Assembly: GCA_025786725.1 (NCBI GenBank)
Contig: JAHLTZ010000024.1
Coordinates: 248,001 to 312,000, forward strand
Reading direction: 5' to 3'
Length of the DNA stretch: 64,000 nt
DNA from: Syncephalis fuscata S228
Taxonomy: Eukaryota > Fungi > Zoopagomycota
Shown: positions 14,554 through 28,226 of the stretch, piece after piece
Position numbering within the stretch: the first letter of the stretch is position 1
How the letters are laid out: the number at the start of each line of letters is the position of its first letter
Made by a program: the position numbers and the translations under genes
The notes under the pieces: model-generated
What the model was told of the DNA's origin: nothing
The model's database searches: none
The model's input: only the letters and a program-made list of their open reading frames with translations

Positions 14554-15573
14554 TTAGTCGGAGGATTGTTGACGCATTAGTGCCTCTTCCAATTGCTGCC
14601 TGTGCTTGCGTGATCGATTCAGTTCTTCGGTAATTGCTTTATCTATTTTGATATTAGTATAACTAAAACACAGGTACATTCACATACCCCAGCCATAATC
14701 TTTAATACCAAGACTGCGCATCATTTGCTCTTCTGTAGATAGCCATGATCTCCATTCCTCCATGCGACGGCCATTCTCCACACGAAAGACCGCTTGTTGT
14801 GCCCGTCGTTTCAGCATCATCGATAGCCAATGCGGTTGAACCATTGGCTTATAACGGCGGAATATATATCCTAGACTGGTGCTGGTAACATGGCAGCGAG
14901 TTTGAAGAGGCTTACGCGATGATCGACCGGACTTTTTAGTATTCGCGCATGTCTTTTCCTTGTTGGCTGGCAATATACCTGCTTTTTCATATAGTTCTAG
15001 CGGCCATGGAAAACGATACCGTTTGTGCGGATCTTGCTTTCGTGCTTTTTTAGAACGTATGTCATTGATATAGCGAGATGGTGTCGACTACATTTGTGTT
15101 AATTACAATATTGTGCTCTAATCTACCTACTCTTTGATGTAGCTGGATCTAATCGACACAACATGATAAATCAATTGAATATACAACAATTTAGCAAAAC
15201 TTACTTTTGTTAAAACTTGATAAAGACGTCCCGTTTTTGCTTGTGCATGATTGTCAAGCCAGCGCATTGTCTCCACTTCTCCTAATGATGCTTGTTTAAG
15301 TTTATCGTATACCTTAATGATGTACATATAAGTAACCTAATATTTCTACATATACTGTAAAAGTATTACCAAGTTTGCTTCCGCTAATAACTGCTTTGTC
15401 TGTTGCAGTGAAGTAGAATGCTGATGGTAGCGGAATCGTTCACGGATTTCATAATAAAGATACCGTTTATGTAGCGAACTATCAAATTGCGTAGCTAGCC
15501 GCTGCAGGCTCCGATAACTGGAAAGTACAGCATGCCGATGGGCTTGCTCACGCCAAAACGGAAGATTTGGCAT
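14554..15573 (-). CDS. LYR-motif (Complex1_LYR-like) mitochondrial protein, multi-exon
   Basis: VLSSYRSLQR...EIRERFR motif; basic C-terminal exons joined by GT-AG introns. Confidence 0.6.
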
Positions 15574-17008
15574 AAGGAAGCCAGGTTAATGCTGTGCAAG
15601 ACGTGTGCTGTATAAGAAAAACAAAAAATGACTATATTTTGAAAGCTATTAAACTTTTGCATTTTATTTACTTATTTCATCTCATATTCTTAATACTTTT
15701 AGTTACAATTAAACACCATCCATTGCTATAACATGTATAATACTGCATCCAACATTAATTAATTTATGTGTAATTATTAGTACAATAATGTAATTAATTA
15801 GCTATCTTTATTATTACTTTAATACATACATTGTCATTATGATATTAATTGTTCAAAATGCCATTTATTTAGTCAAATTGGCCATAGGGAAAGTGGCTGT
15901 TTAATAAATAGCTTTTATAATAATTATATTAATCTTGCTCTTACATTACAAATATGTTGAAAATGAAATACTAGAACATTAGAACATATAAGAGATAATT
16001 TAGATGCAATAATCCATGTTGTACATAGATGCAACAGCAATTAATGTGCAATGATATGAAATCGTAATCAATGGTTTCTATTAATATTCGATCAATCTTT
16101 CTACACATGGCCAGCAACAACAATGATCAACCTAAAACGTTTCAATGAAATCAAATAGTATGTTGCATTATTTATTTAAATCAATTTATTAACATCATTT
16201 CAATAGAAAGTAATATAATTGTGTTGTGTTTAACAGCGCGACTTCAATTAGAACGAATTTTACTTTAGGAATCCAAAATATAAGAGTCAAAATCAAATTA
16301 AACAGTTGTCGGATTTGAGTTTCACAGCTATGTAAAACTCGAACCTACTAGTTATTTTGCTATACTTTAGATAAATAGGATATAAACGGTAAAAACTGCT
16401 AATTTTGCACATTCATTGATGTATTATCACAGCCATACATCACAATGCAATACAGCAACACTATACTTTGTCAATAGTCATGTATGTATATGTCGTGCAC
16501 ACATATGCAAACTATCAATCAAATGCTTATTTTTACATAATGTTATACATCATATTATCAACGGTTTACTAATTAAATTATTGCTATATTTTTTATTTAC
16601 ATTTCGCTAAACTTTACCATCTATTTACGTCAAAATCACTTTTTTAAGATTTCTGCATACTTTGCTAGCACTGAAGCAGCAGTTTCACGTTTAGACTTGT
16701 AAAAATAATGCTCTATCAATATTTTAAGGTATTTTAAAGAAAAACAGGAATTTTGACTGCAACAATAGCTATTAAATATAAAAGCTTAAAATAAATACAA
16801 GTTTAATTGTGTAGTATTTTGATTTGTTTATATTGAAATAAAACTAAAATATTAGGATAACACATTTACGGCTATATCTCATAGATTACACTTTAGTGCA
16901 AGTATATAATACATAATCAATTATTAAATTGACAACTATAGCTATTTTTAATATTTTATTGCGCTATTAATTAAACACTTAATAAAAATTAGACAAATAG
17001 CTAACGGT

Positions 17009-18331
17009 TTAATTTAAATGCTGTTGAAGCGCTTTCATTACAGTAGCGTGTGCATCACGATGAGCCACGACAATACCTCGATTATTGGACAGAAAACGAC
17101 CGCAACCAAACTGAAGTGGCTTATTGTCAGCATCAGTAATACGAGCGCCTGCTTCTTCAACTATTAAGGCACCTGCCGCATGATCCTAAATAGCATGCCA
17201 TTATATTGATATACTAATAGCAATTGCAATTACAACTTACCCAAATCTTTTCGACATAATCAGGCCGTGTAGGCAACCGAAGATAGATATCTGCTTCGCC
17301 ACGAGCTACTACGCCGTATTTACATTGACTATCAAGACGAGCGGACCGGCCCTTAATGCCAAGTGCTGACATCACCTTTTCATTCGTGCCATGATCTGAA
17401 TGTGCTGCCTCCCACGATTCACACAATCTTGCATTAGTAAAATCAACACTGCCATCTTTACTATTATCCAATGCCTTTAATTGAATTGGTTTCTCATCTG
17501 CTTCTCCCCATGTTCTCTAATCAATAGTTGTAGTTAGTTAATTAATTAAACACTTTTACATATTATAGCCATTATTACCTGGAAAGCACCGCCACCTCGT
17601 GTGGCCACAAATAATATACCACGCTGGCCAATACCATCACTTGATTCACTTGTACCAATACTCTCGGCCGCTTCATACAGATGTCCACGCTCTACCGGTA
17701 GATTTGGACAGCCAAGTACACCTAGTTCCACTTGGCCATTATTGATCAGCGCAAGACACACGGCATATTGTCCACCGCGTACAAATCCCTTTGTACCATC
17801 AATTGGATCAAGTGTCCAATGCTGACCGTGTGGCCCACCTTCATAGCAGCCTCGATCAATGGCTGCAAGTAACTTGATAGCATCCAATTGGCTTTGATTA
17901 ATAAATATAAACTAGTTTCGAACACGCCAACTTACCTGCTCGGTGGTGCGTGGTGGTTCCAATACGCTATTAGCCAGCGCCGTAATACGTTCACGTAAAT
18001 GAACTACGTGTGGCAAATGCGTGTCGCGTAAACTACCAGCATCTTCCTCGCCAACTACTTTTATGTTTGGAAATGCTTCTGAGAGTATGGTATTGACAAC
18101 TGCTTGAGCTGCGTAATCAGCCACAGTTACTGGCGATGCATCTGATTTGTATTCAGTATCGTCAGAACGCAATTGGCAGTAGACTTGTCGGCAAACTACC
18201 ATAGCTTTTTGAACAGCATCAAGAGCCACAGCTCGTTCTTTAACCAGCATTCCTATCAGTATGTGTTACTAGTTGTTCTTGTTGTTAATTAATGGTAATT
18301 CACGCTTACCAACAGCAGCACTAGACGACAT
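17009..18331 (-). CDS. MET22: 3'(2'),5'-bisphosphate nucleotidase (Hal2/Met22)
   Basis: KSDASPVTVADY, GEED, WTLDPIDGTKGF, LDSQCKYG, EKIWDHAAG. Confidence 0.95.
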
Positions 18332-18855
18332 GACGTAGTAGAATAGTAATATAGATATCTAAAAATAGGCAATCTGAGGCAATGAAGATGCCATACAATG
18401 GTTGTCAGGTTTGTATCACGTGTTGAATAAATCAACTATAATAGTAAGCCGATGATGCTGCTGCAGGCAATGATAATCTTTTAATCTCGTATTTTATCCT
18501 CACATTCATATTATTGCTTCTGCGTGTAATAGGACGACGGAAAAAACAAGTCGACTGTCCTTGACATACATACGCACATTTACGCAGCACGCGTACTCGT
18601 AACACGGCACTGCAATAATATATCCGGTTCTTTTTATTTCCTTGCAGTGTTGGCGCGCAGCGTCTACATTACACGCGCTTCTTTCTCAATACGTCTGTCT
18701 GTTTGTTTGTCTGCTTGTTCGCCATACAAATACAAGTCAACTTACTCATTTCATTTTTATCGTCATCACAGACTTATTTTATTCTTATTGTAACAACAAC
18801 AGCAGCTGCTGCTAGCATTGGTAACGGTCTACCTAATTGACTTGCGTTTTGAATC

Positions 18856-20882
18856 ATGCTGCGAATACCACCAAGTCTCTATGACAAAATTAAATATTTT
18901 GCCACGTTCCCGCAAACGGGCGTATCTCTACGGCAGATGGTTAAATTTGGTAGGCTATCCGCATAACTGTAAATAGCATTGGCAGTAACAATACCTATGT
19001 GTTATTCGGCATCTTATAGGACAACAGCCGTCGCCAGGCACACTGTTTAGAGCTGGTCAATTTGTAGCCGGTAAGTGGTACAAGGATGAGTTGATTAAAA
19101 GCCTTGCCAATTAACACTGTCACGTGCAACACAGATGAATTGCCCATTCGACTGGCTCATCGAGTAGTTGAATTGGACAATTTACCCAATCATCTTAGTG
19201 AAATGCCTTCGGTCGTCAAGGTAAAGCACTGGTATGCACAATCGTTCAAGGTAGGTATTGCGTAACTATGTTCATGTCTATAGCACATGCACACGATTAA
19301 TTACTATGTATTACCGCTACTATTGACGAATAGGAATTGGTGGAGTTTCCTCGACCAGAGCTACCTACACAGTTACGTGATAAAATACGGGCTTCAATGG
19401 CCGCTGGCCAAGCAGTCCATCTTCCTGAGGCTCAGCCAAATCCGGCCGTTGAAAAATACATACAAAACCATAATAACAATGGCGGTAATGGCCCATCCTT
19501 GACCAATGGACAGCAGCGGCATGTTCATTCTCGAGGTGCCACTCGAGAAGCTAGCCAAGGTCATGCAGCTCTTAATAAGAGCTCAAGTAATGGACATACA
19601 GCACGTACATCTGTTTCATTATCTCATAGGTAAGCTACAATGTTGATTAGTAATACAATAACAGATGCAAACGAATGATACAATTAGATACTATGCACGA
19701 TTAGATGATGTTGATTTGCCTAAAGATATTATGAAGTACAGTAATGATTTTGTTCGTTTAATTGGAGCCATTAAAAGGCGCCACGATCCAGTTGTTACTA
19801 CTATGGTAAGTAAATTGACGTATGGCTATTAATAATACTAATATTCTAATGCAGGGTAAGCTATTCACAATTATAGGCATTTGTATGGTCTATCTAACTG
19901 ATTGGCATTTAAAGCACAAGGCATTCAAGAGTATAAAGATACAATTGGTAACCAGCCAATTGATACCGATGTACAACTATTTCTAGATCGATTTTATCTA
20001 TCTCGTATTGGTATCCGTATGTTAATTGGTAAGACTATTTAATATTTGAGTGATAATAGCCAACATTGCGTTAATAGGCCAGCATATTGCACTACACCAA
20101 TCAACACAAGACTCGGATTATGTTGGCATTATTTGCACTCGTACAAATATATCACAAATTGTACAGGAAGCAATCGATAATGCACGGTTCATTTGTGAAG
20201 ATTACTATGGCCTATTTACTGCACCTGAAATTCAATTACATTGTCCCAAAGAACTGGAATTTATGTATGTACCTAGTCATTTACATCATATGCTGTTTGA
20301 GTTGTTGAAGAACTCATTGCGTGCGGTCGTTGAGACAGTTGGACCAGACAATGACGATAACTTTCCAGTTATCAAGATTATTATTGCTGAAGGCAAAGAG
20401 GTAGTTTATTCATAATAACCAACCAGTCGATAGAAGTATTAAATACAATATTTATTGTCTATAGGATATTACTATAAAGGTATCTGATGAAGGTGGCGGT
20501 ATTCCACGTAGTGGTATGCCTATGGTATGGACTTATATGTATACAACGGCACAAACACCTTCACTCGATCCTGATTACAATAAATCGGACTTTAAGGCTC
20601 CTATGGCAGGATTTGGCTATGGCTTACCGCTAAGTCGTTTGGTAAGTAATATTACGCCTTGTTATCTAATAATAATAGCAATAATAACAATCATGTCAAT
20701 ACTATTAATTAGTATGCACGCTATTTTGGTGGCGATCTTAAACTTATATCAATGGAAAAGTAAGTAATATATTAAACTGTTAATTGATCTATTAATAATG
20801 CTCTAATTGCTATTATAGTTATGGCACTGATGCATATCTTCATCTTCGTCGACTAAGCGACAGTGAAGAACCGTTGCCGTAA
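18856..20882 (+). CDS. Pyruvate dehydrogenase kinase (PDK/Pkp family)
   Basis: [80 protein letters not shown]. Confidence 0.94.
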
Positions 20883-21361
20883 ACTACACCTTTATTTTAG
20901 TCACGCTCCATTTTCTCTTCTATATCATTTTTACGCTGTATCTTTTCATGAACTGCCGGTTGCTGTATTGTAAATGACTCATATCACAAAATTGGAAGCG
21001 CCAATGTAATTCAGTTCTACAAAACATTAAAAAATATTTGTCCAATGATGTCACCGATCGATTAGTAGAATTTATACGATTGGTTCTGACTCAGCTGATT
21101 TTTGTCATTTTTGTTTTTTATTGGTAAAAACCTCTCAACAATACGCACTATTACTTGCTTTCTTCTGATTCTTTACTTGGCCATTGACTTGTTCATCTTT
21201 ATTAAAGCACGCACATACTAGTGCTAAAGGTGTTCTATCGCCCCTATTGACCTTGATAACCTGCTCATTTGTGTGGTAGTGCCAAACAGCGTCTATTATT
21301 TGTTTGGTTGTTATTACAGCTACACTTGGTTGAGCGAGTGTTTTTCTTTTGACGATATACT

Positions 21362-23785
21362 ATGGCCGACAGTGAAGGCTGGACCACGGTGAGCGGGCCA
21401 AAGCATCGCCAGCGCACCAATTCCTCTGCTGATCTTCCAGTCAATGGCCAGTCTTCTGCCAATGCTGGTACAAAAGTGGATGGAGAATCAAGTGGACAGG
21501 CTAGAAACAAAAGTGCTGGAACCACTTCGACCAAATCAGCACGCCGTTCTCGTACTACTGGCCATGGTCGATCTGGTTCTGGAACAGGCAGTGCCAATGC
21601 GACTGATCCATCGGCACGCAGCAGTGGCTATCGAGGTCGAGCACGTCTAACACGTCCATCGCCACGTCCTGGAACTCAATCACCGGCCAAACGTCGTGGT
21701 GATGCCACCAATCGATCTACTGTTAATAAAAGCAAGTCTGCATCAGCCCGTACTGCATTGCATAAATCAGCAGTGGCAACAACAACATCAAAATCATCCA
21801 TGGCCGCCCAACACTCCCACAGAATGCCAATCCATTCCTAGCACTTCATACGGAACAGAATAGTAATACAGCAACTGCTGATATAGATGGTGATTTGGAA
21901 GAAGTATCCAAACATGCAGCTACAAATATTCAAGTGCAACAACCAGTAACGAATAATAAAGAAGAAGTAAAAGTAGATGATGATAATGAAGGTGATGAAG
22001 ATGAAGATGATAGCCAATATGATGGATCTTCTTCAGATGGAGAATCAGAGAATGGTGTAGAACCACCGCCAGAATCATTTGATGCGCCAGTAATGGTATT
22101 GTGTCCATTCCCAGGCTGTACCAACAATTCTACCAGCCATAAAGATGAACAAACTACTGTGGAATTGCCGCACCGTTTACTAAACCAAGACCGTTAATGG
22201 CCCATTTGGAAACAGTCCATGGATTACATGTTCGTAATCTGCACCATATGTACTTTTCACTACAATGCTACTTGGATCGATATGCTGCTATGATGCGCGC
22301 CAATAGTGATGGTAAATTGGTGGCTGATGGCATTAAAGTTGAAACAAGAGATGGTAAGTTAAATAAAATACATTTAATAAGTGTATATTGATTGCTAATA
22401 GCTATAATGATTTAATAGATCGTTTAGTATGGACTATTGATCCGGAACAATATCCAGATGATCTTACATTCCGTCGTGAACTACAACGGGAAAAATTGAA
22501 TGAAATATTACAAGTACAGGAGAAGGAGCGACGTGAAGATGGCAATGTACCACGTAAATGTCTATTCTGCAAAGTAATTCCAGAGAATCGGTTAGTAAAT
22601 TATAGCATATTAATCAGTGTGTTTGCTAATTGTTATATTTATTGTTTACTAATAGACAGACGCTATTTAAACATATGTTCCAAGAGCATGGTTTTAACAT
22701 TGGCTTGCCCGACAACTTGGTTGAAGTAGAGGAATTTCTTAATTTACTAGAGAGTAAATTGGCCAAGTAAGTAGTTGTACGAAATAACTAGATGTGTTTT
22801 AAAGCTTAAATGTTATACAGTCGCCAGTGTTTGTATTGTGAAAAAATATTTACAACACCAGCTGTACTTCGTAAACATATGCGTAAGAAGAAGCACTTTA
22901 AGATTAGTGCTCGTAACCGTATCTACGACAAGTATTATGTCATTAACTATTTGGTAAGTGTAAAACTAATAATATTATACCACTGGATCTAATACTAATT
23001 AATGAACTAGGAACCGGGTCTGAACTGGGAAACACTTGAGTATGAGAAATATGAAAGCGATGAAGAACATCGTGGCGATGAGTAAGTTGATATTAGTAAT
23101 AATATTAAAAGCAATAGTAACATTAATAACACTGATGATAATATTAGTAATTGGGATGATTGGGATGAAGCGGATTTAGAGCCTACACAATGTCTTTTCT
23201 GTGATGCAGTGACCAGTTCTCCCGAACAGATTATAGAACACATGAGCGAGAAGCATCAATTTGATTTGGTGGCCATTCGAGAAAGTCATGGTAATAGATG
23301 AGCCATTGCTAATAATTAAATGTAATATAATTACTGAATTACTGATATGACTCTACATTAGATTTGGACTTCTACAAGACGGTTACTTTGATCAATTTTA
23401 TACGCGAACGATCAACCCACTGCACATGTATGGCTTGCGCAACACCATTCGATACATTAGAGGCTATGGCCGTACATATGCAGGAGAATAGCTGCTTTGT
23501 AAAGATTCCGAAACAAGATAGCGATATTTGGAAAGATCCAAAGTAAGTAATGAAGTATTCATTATGGTTTATACTAATCAATACACATGTACATTAAATA
23601 GATATTTATTCCCAACTGTGGAAAATGATCCGCTGTTGATGTGGGTCGACGATGCCGATGAAACAGAAGAAATGCCTGAGACACCAGCAACTGCAATTCC
23701 TTTACAAGAATACGAAGAGGAAGATGAAAGTGAAAGTGACGATGAGGATGACACTGAAGGAATTACACTATGTCTTAAAGATTAA
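21362..23785 (+). CDS. ZNF277-like C2H2 zinc-finger protein (apparent frameshifts near 21820 and 22150)
   Basis: CLFC..HMFQEHGFNIGLPDNLV, CLYCEKIF...LRKHMRKKKH, YDKYYVINYLEPG, FYKTVTLINFIR, YLFPTVENDPLL. Confidence 0.85.
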
Positions 23786-24053
23786 GTGCGCTATTTGTTT
23801 GTAAACAACCATTCGCTAGTTTCAATTGCATATGACTACTCGTAAACACATTTATAACTAGTAAAGCAAATACTTCACTTGTCTCTACTATGTTTATTAT
23901 TTTACTCCAAGCAGAATAGTAATAATATGTTATCATATATCTTATTTAGTTTATTAATTAATTAACTAAATAATAAATAGACACATTAGAGTTAGCTACA
24001 TTTAATACAGCTACATTGACGCTGTTCATTTCAACAATAGTACCAGTATGTAA

Positions 24054-24628
24054 ATATCCACCATTTGCTTATATCATTCTCATTCTGTCCCACACTACTA
24101 TGTATTATTCTACGATGTATTGAATACATTCTATTGTTTATATACACCAATACACTTCACTCATTCCCCTCAGTACTCTGTATGCGCTATAGCTTTGACA
24201 TTATTTATCATAAACTTTTACTGTATATTTATTCTATTCTATATCATTCTATACTCGCCTAATCTTCCTGTATCCAGTGCTATTGTTATTTTTGTTCCAG
24301 CTTTATTATTAATAAATGTCAATTAATGTCAGTCATCTGCTCATACATATATGCTCAATAACTTCAACATTGCTAATCGCCACTCCATATCACATATTCC
24401 TTATATTATAACTGCCTTATTTTCTAATAACTAATGTCTATCTATTGCAGCTATTCTTTTTGCTTTAGCTCTATTACTAACAAAATTCGATTAAGCTCAC
24501 TTAGCTTGCTCATTAGACTCTATGTATTTATTTAAAACTTATAGCAAACAGAATGTATTCAATATGTCATAGAATGATACTAATAGTATGGAATAGACTG
24601 GAAATGATATAGGTAGATGGAGGATATA
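24054..24628. repeat. Degenerate inverted repeat with ~80-bp arms (~24054-24135 and ~24550-24628)
   Basis: Reverse complement of the left arm (AGAATGTATTCAATACATCGTAGAATAATAC...GATATAAGCAAATGG) aligns with the right arm (AGAATGTATTCAATATGTCATAGAATGATAC...GATATAGGTAGATGG). Confidence 0.7.
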
Positions 24629-25174
24629 TGCTATCAAGTGTGAAGAAAGAGAAAGAGAAGTGATGACGTAGATTGTGAGATGTGAGCCTGTCAGTCAATA
24701 TTTATAAACAGCCGAGTTTAATTAATAAATGGAGTGTAAATAATAAAAGTCAATTTACCCAACATATCAGTACATCATAGAACAGATTAGTAGTAAATGC
24801 ATTAAAAACAAGTCATTTACTATCAAAACTATTCATTATCATAGAACATAACAGCCTTTAACACAGTATAGAAGATGGAACAGTGTACCTGGGTCCCATT
24901 TTATTTGATTAAACGCTGGTGGTACATAGCCTTTGAAACAAAGATGTTGGCCTTTGCGATAATCTTTGCATCCTGATTATGCGCAAACATCTATAAAGAA
25001 TAATTCGGAAGCTAATACGCTTGCTCAGCATTAACAAAAACCGCTTATAAATAAAATATATCAAATGTTTTATTAAATACATTTATTCAAACGGCACAAT
25101 CAATGTATCAATGATACATTCCTGCACTTTCCATTGCGTTTTATTTCATTTGAAATAACTTTGTAACATCAATG

Positions 25175-25735
25175 TTATTTTTTTTCGATATTGGCGCAAG
25201 CAATGCGATCTCCACTTGGGTTGTGAACGACGATCGAACGACCAAGAATGCCATTTTCACCTTTGTCCAGCGTAATGGTGGGATCTACATATGTCACCCA
25301 TTTATAGTCGTTTTTTTGTGTGCTTCCAAATTTGACTTTGCCAAATTTGCCGCTCAAATCACCTAGTTCACAATCGTTCAGCGTTTGCTTCGTGCACTTG
25401 GCTCCTTTCTTTCCGTAAGGGTCGAAATGGCCACCTGTAGCAGTGCAGTTGCCATCCGCTGGCACTGGCTTTTCATGAACATGATATGCATATTCACCGA
25501 CAACAGGAATTTTGCCGCCAATCGTGCCAACAATGCTTATACCCGCACCCGGCGCCATTGGTGTGATAAAAAAGAAAGCTTCAAATCCATTTTTCTTGGC
25601 TGCAACAAAGCTATGCTTGACTGAATTTACGTTATCAGGTTTCTTGGCAGTTTCAGCTGGGAGAGCTGTTACGGTCAAGCTGGTGAAAGCAAGTGCAAGC
25701 ATGCAAGCGTGGAATACATTCTTGAGGCCCATCAT
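25175..25735 (-). CDS. Secreted Cu-only (Sod5-like) superoxide dismutase, copy A
   Basis: Signal peptide MMGLKNVF..TALP; YHVHEKPVPADGNCTATGGHFDP, CELGDLSGKFG, GRSIVVH, RIACANI; intronless. Confidence 0.88.
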   Translation of the reverse strand: MMGLKNVFHACMLALAFTSLTVTALPAETAKKPDNVNSVKHSFVAAKKNGFEAFFFITPMAPGAGISIVGTIGGKIPVVGEYAYHVHEKPVPADGNCTATGGHFDPYGKKGAKCTKQTLNDCELGDLSGKFGKVKFGSTQKNDYKWVTYVDPTITLDKGENGILGRSIVVHNPSGDRIACANIEKK

Positions 25736-26289
25736 TTTAAATATGCGTGTTGACTGGAAATAGACAGAGGCTATCAATGGAAAATGCAGACAATGGAGTA
25801 TGCAAAATGCTAAAATGTGTTGCTGTAGAAGCTAGGAGTGCAGATGAAAGGATACTGCGCTAACATTGCTGCTGACAAGGCCAGATATTTAAGCAGCGTG
25901 GTGTAGTACACATACGTCATACATGAACAAAAAATCCCATGCCTACTCTATGTACTGCTGAGGCCTGGCATCACTGCCTTTGTAGTCTAAAAATAGAATG
26001 CGCAATTTATTGTCTAAAATTCGCGCATGTCATTCATCACACTAATTTAATAGAATGATCAGCTTACTAAATAAATCACTAGCTTTCCATTCTCTATTAA
26101 TAACTAAAGCTAGTAGTGTTACAAAATCATACGCTGTTATAACAATGTAACAATGGTTAAAGAGCTAACATGTTTGCTTAACTGAAATAAAAATATATCG
26201 TAAATAACTTGACATAAATTAGAATGTTGAGGGAGTAAAAATGATAATGTTTACCTAATATAAATGTCAAAATGTTTGTATATTGTAAT

Positions 26290-26800
26290 GACTAGCAACT
26301 TAACAGCTATTCCCTTGTTGATGCTTACTTCTATCACCTAAGCACTAGCGACTACTAATTAATTGCTTATATTAATATAACATGAACCTGATGCTATTAT
26401 AAAATAAACAATAATGATTCTCCTTTTAATTATCAACTACCACAGTTAAGCTTTTAATAGCCGAATAGCATTTTTAATTAAAGTAGAGAAAATAATATAA
26501 ACCAAATATATAGATATGTTTACTATAATTCCAATAAAGCTAGTTATTTATAGTAAATACTATTGTTAATGGAACTTGAGCCTTGTTCATATGACTGATC
26601 ATGTGTCAGTAAACAACAAGTATTTACTGGTTATGTCTTTAGATAGCTGTTTGTTTATGATTGTTAGTGCAAGTATTTAGTATATTGCTGTTGTAGCTAT
26701 TCACATGTTACCATCGGCATGTTGTTTGATTACATGGTGGATGTCATGGATCATCGTATGATAGATAATTATGTGACCATAATACCGTAATTCAATACCG
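26290..26800 (+). repeat. ~510-bp non-coding direct repeat, copy 1
   Basis: Near-identical to 29319-29830 (e.g. CTTCTATCACCTAAGCACTAGCGACTACTAATT...ATGGTGGATGTCATGGATCATCGTAT). Confidence 0.92.
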
Positions 26801-28226
26801 TAACAACATCCTGTCATTTTTATTGTCAAGTGAATTAAACAGATGCTGGCATTATAGCAACTAAACTGATATCTTATTAGTACAATATCTGATATTAAAT
26901 CACTACAAATTTACACATAATATAAACTACATATTTATAGTTGAAAATGGTGCTAATACTACTTTACAATATACTTTAGTTGTATATGCTTTTATGAAAC
27001 AAATGGCCGACATAAATGATTCTGAGTACACATTTCGATTTAATAGATGGATATTTTCTTTTTTCTTGTTTAATAACTTACAACACTATGAAATCATTGT
27101 TTATGATATGTAACTATATTAATCCTTATTTTAACCAATCAATGCCCTCATGAGTAGCTATTTGTTGACAATATTATCCACTATTGTCTGCTTTCTTCTC
27201 AAGTACATCTTATACAATCAAAACATAACAGTACGTGTGTATTTTGCAGTTTTATTAAATCTATGTACAATGCTATTGCTTTAATGCGTTACTTTCGTTT
27301 AGCGCTATTGCTCTAGCTGCATCATCAACAGTTGGGTCGTTGATAAACTCAGTCTAACATTGTATGACAATAATAGTTTGCTATAAGCTAAACCAGTAAG
27401 CCTTTGAGCTGTTAATTGTTTTCCATTGGTTTCTGCTTTGGCTTGTTCTTTTACATTCTATCTTGCTTAACTTGTCAGAAGTGGTTTCAGAAATGTGGAC
27501 AGCACTTAGGTTTTGGATGATTACCGGTTAGTATACGATCCACAGCCATTATGCACTCGAATTGCTGGTAATTGGCCAGAGCTTTTTATTGTGTCTAGTC
27601 TAGTGTCTACATATTGTATTGCATATAATTTATGTAATGCAATTTAGTCTACAGCTGAAAAACTGATAAAAGTGATTTGTTGGGATGTTCCATTACTCAA
27701 AATGCCGTGATGCATCACCCTACAAATAGTACTTATTGTATAGTCGATTTCAAATAATTAGGATTAGCCGCCATGTGAATGATGGTAGTTGCACAACATA
27801 TAGCATGATATCCTTGAATGTGATGGATTTGTGAATTCGAAACAACGATTACCCCATAGCAATGGGCATAGTGTCAAATGAAATGTATACATGTACTAAT
27901 CAATGCACTTTCTAATTTAAAAATTACAATTGATTTATATATAGCAGTAAAAACTTGTATAAAGTATCAGTTTGATACATTAAACTTGTTTTTTGCATCA
28001 ACATTGTGTGTTATTTTGTATGTATGCAGATATTGAAGCCAAAGCAATGGAAGTGACAGCAAAGGCATTATTGCCCCATTTACAAAGCTAAACAATACAT
28101 TTGTTTTACGAAATAGTTAAATCGTGTAACAAAAATACAGACTAATATGTTTATTTCTATCACACATGTGCTGGATTGGTAGTGTTGCCCCATTATTCGT
28201 GCGAATGACTAGCAACTTGGAGTATA

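Noticed and set aside
4235-20882. Two PDK-family kinases as a functional cluster
   Set aside because: Highly diverged ancient paralogues 13 kb apart with unrelated genes between them; proximity is plausibly chance.
27270-27650. Possible relic of a membrane-protein gene (e.g. a GAA1 C-terminus, IAGNWPELFIVSSLV)
   Set aside because: Fragmented by stops, and the similarity is too weak to support by eye; needs tBLASTn.
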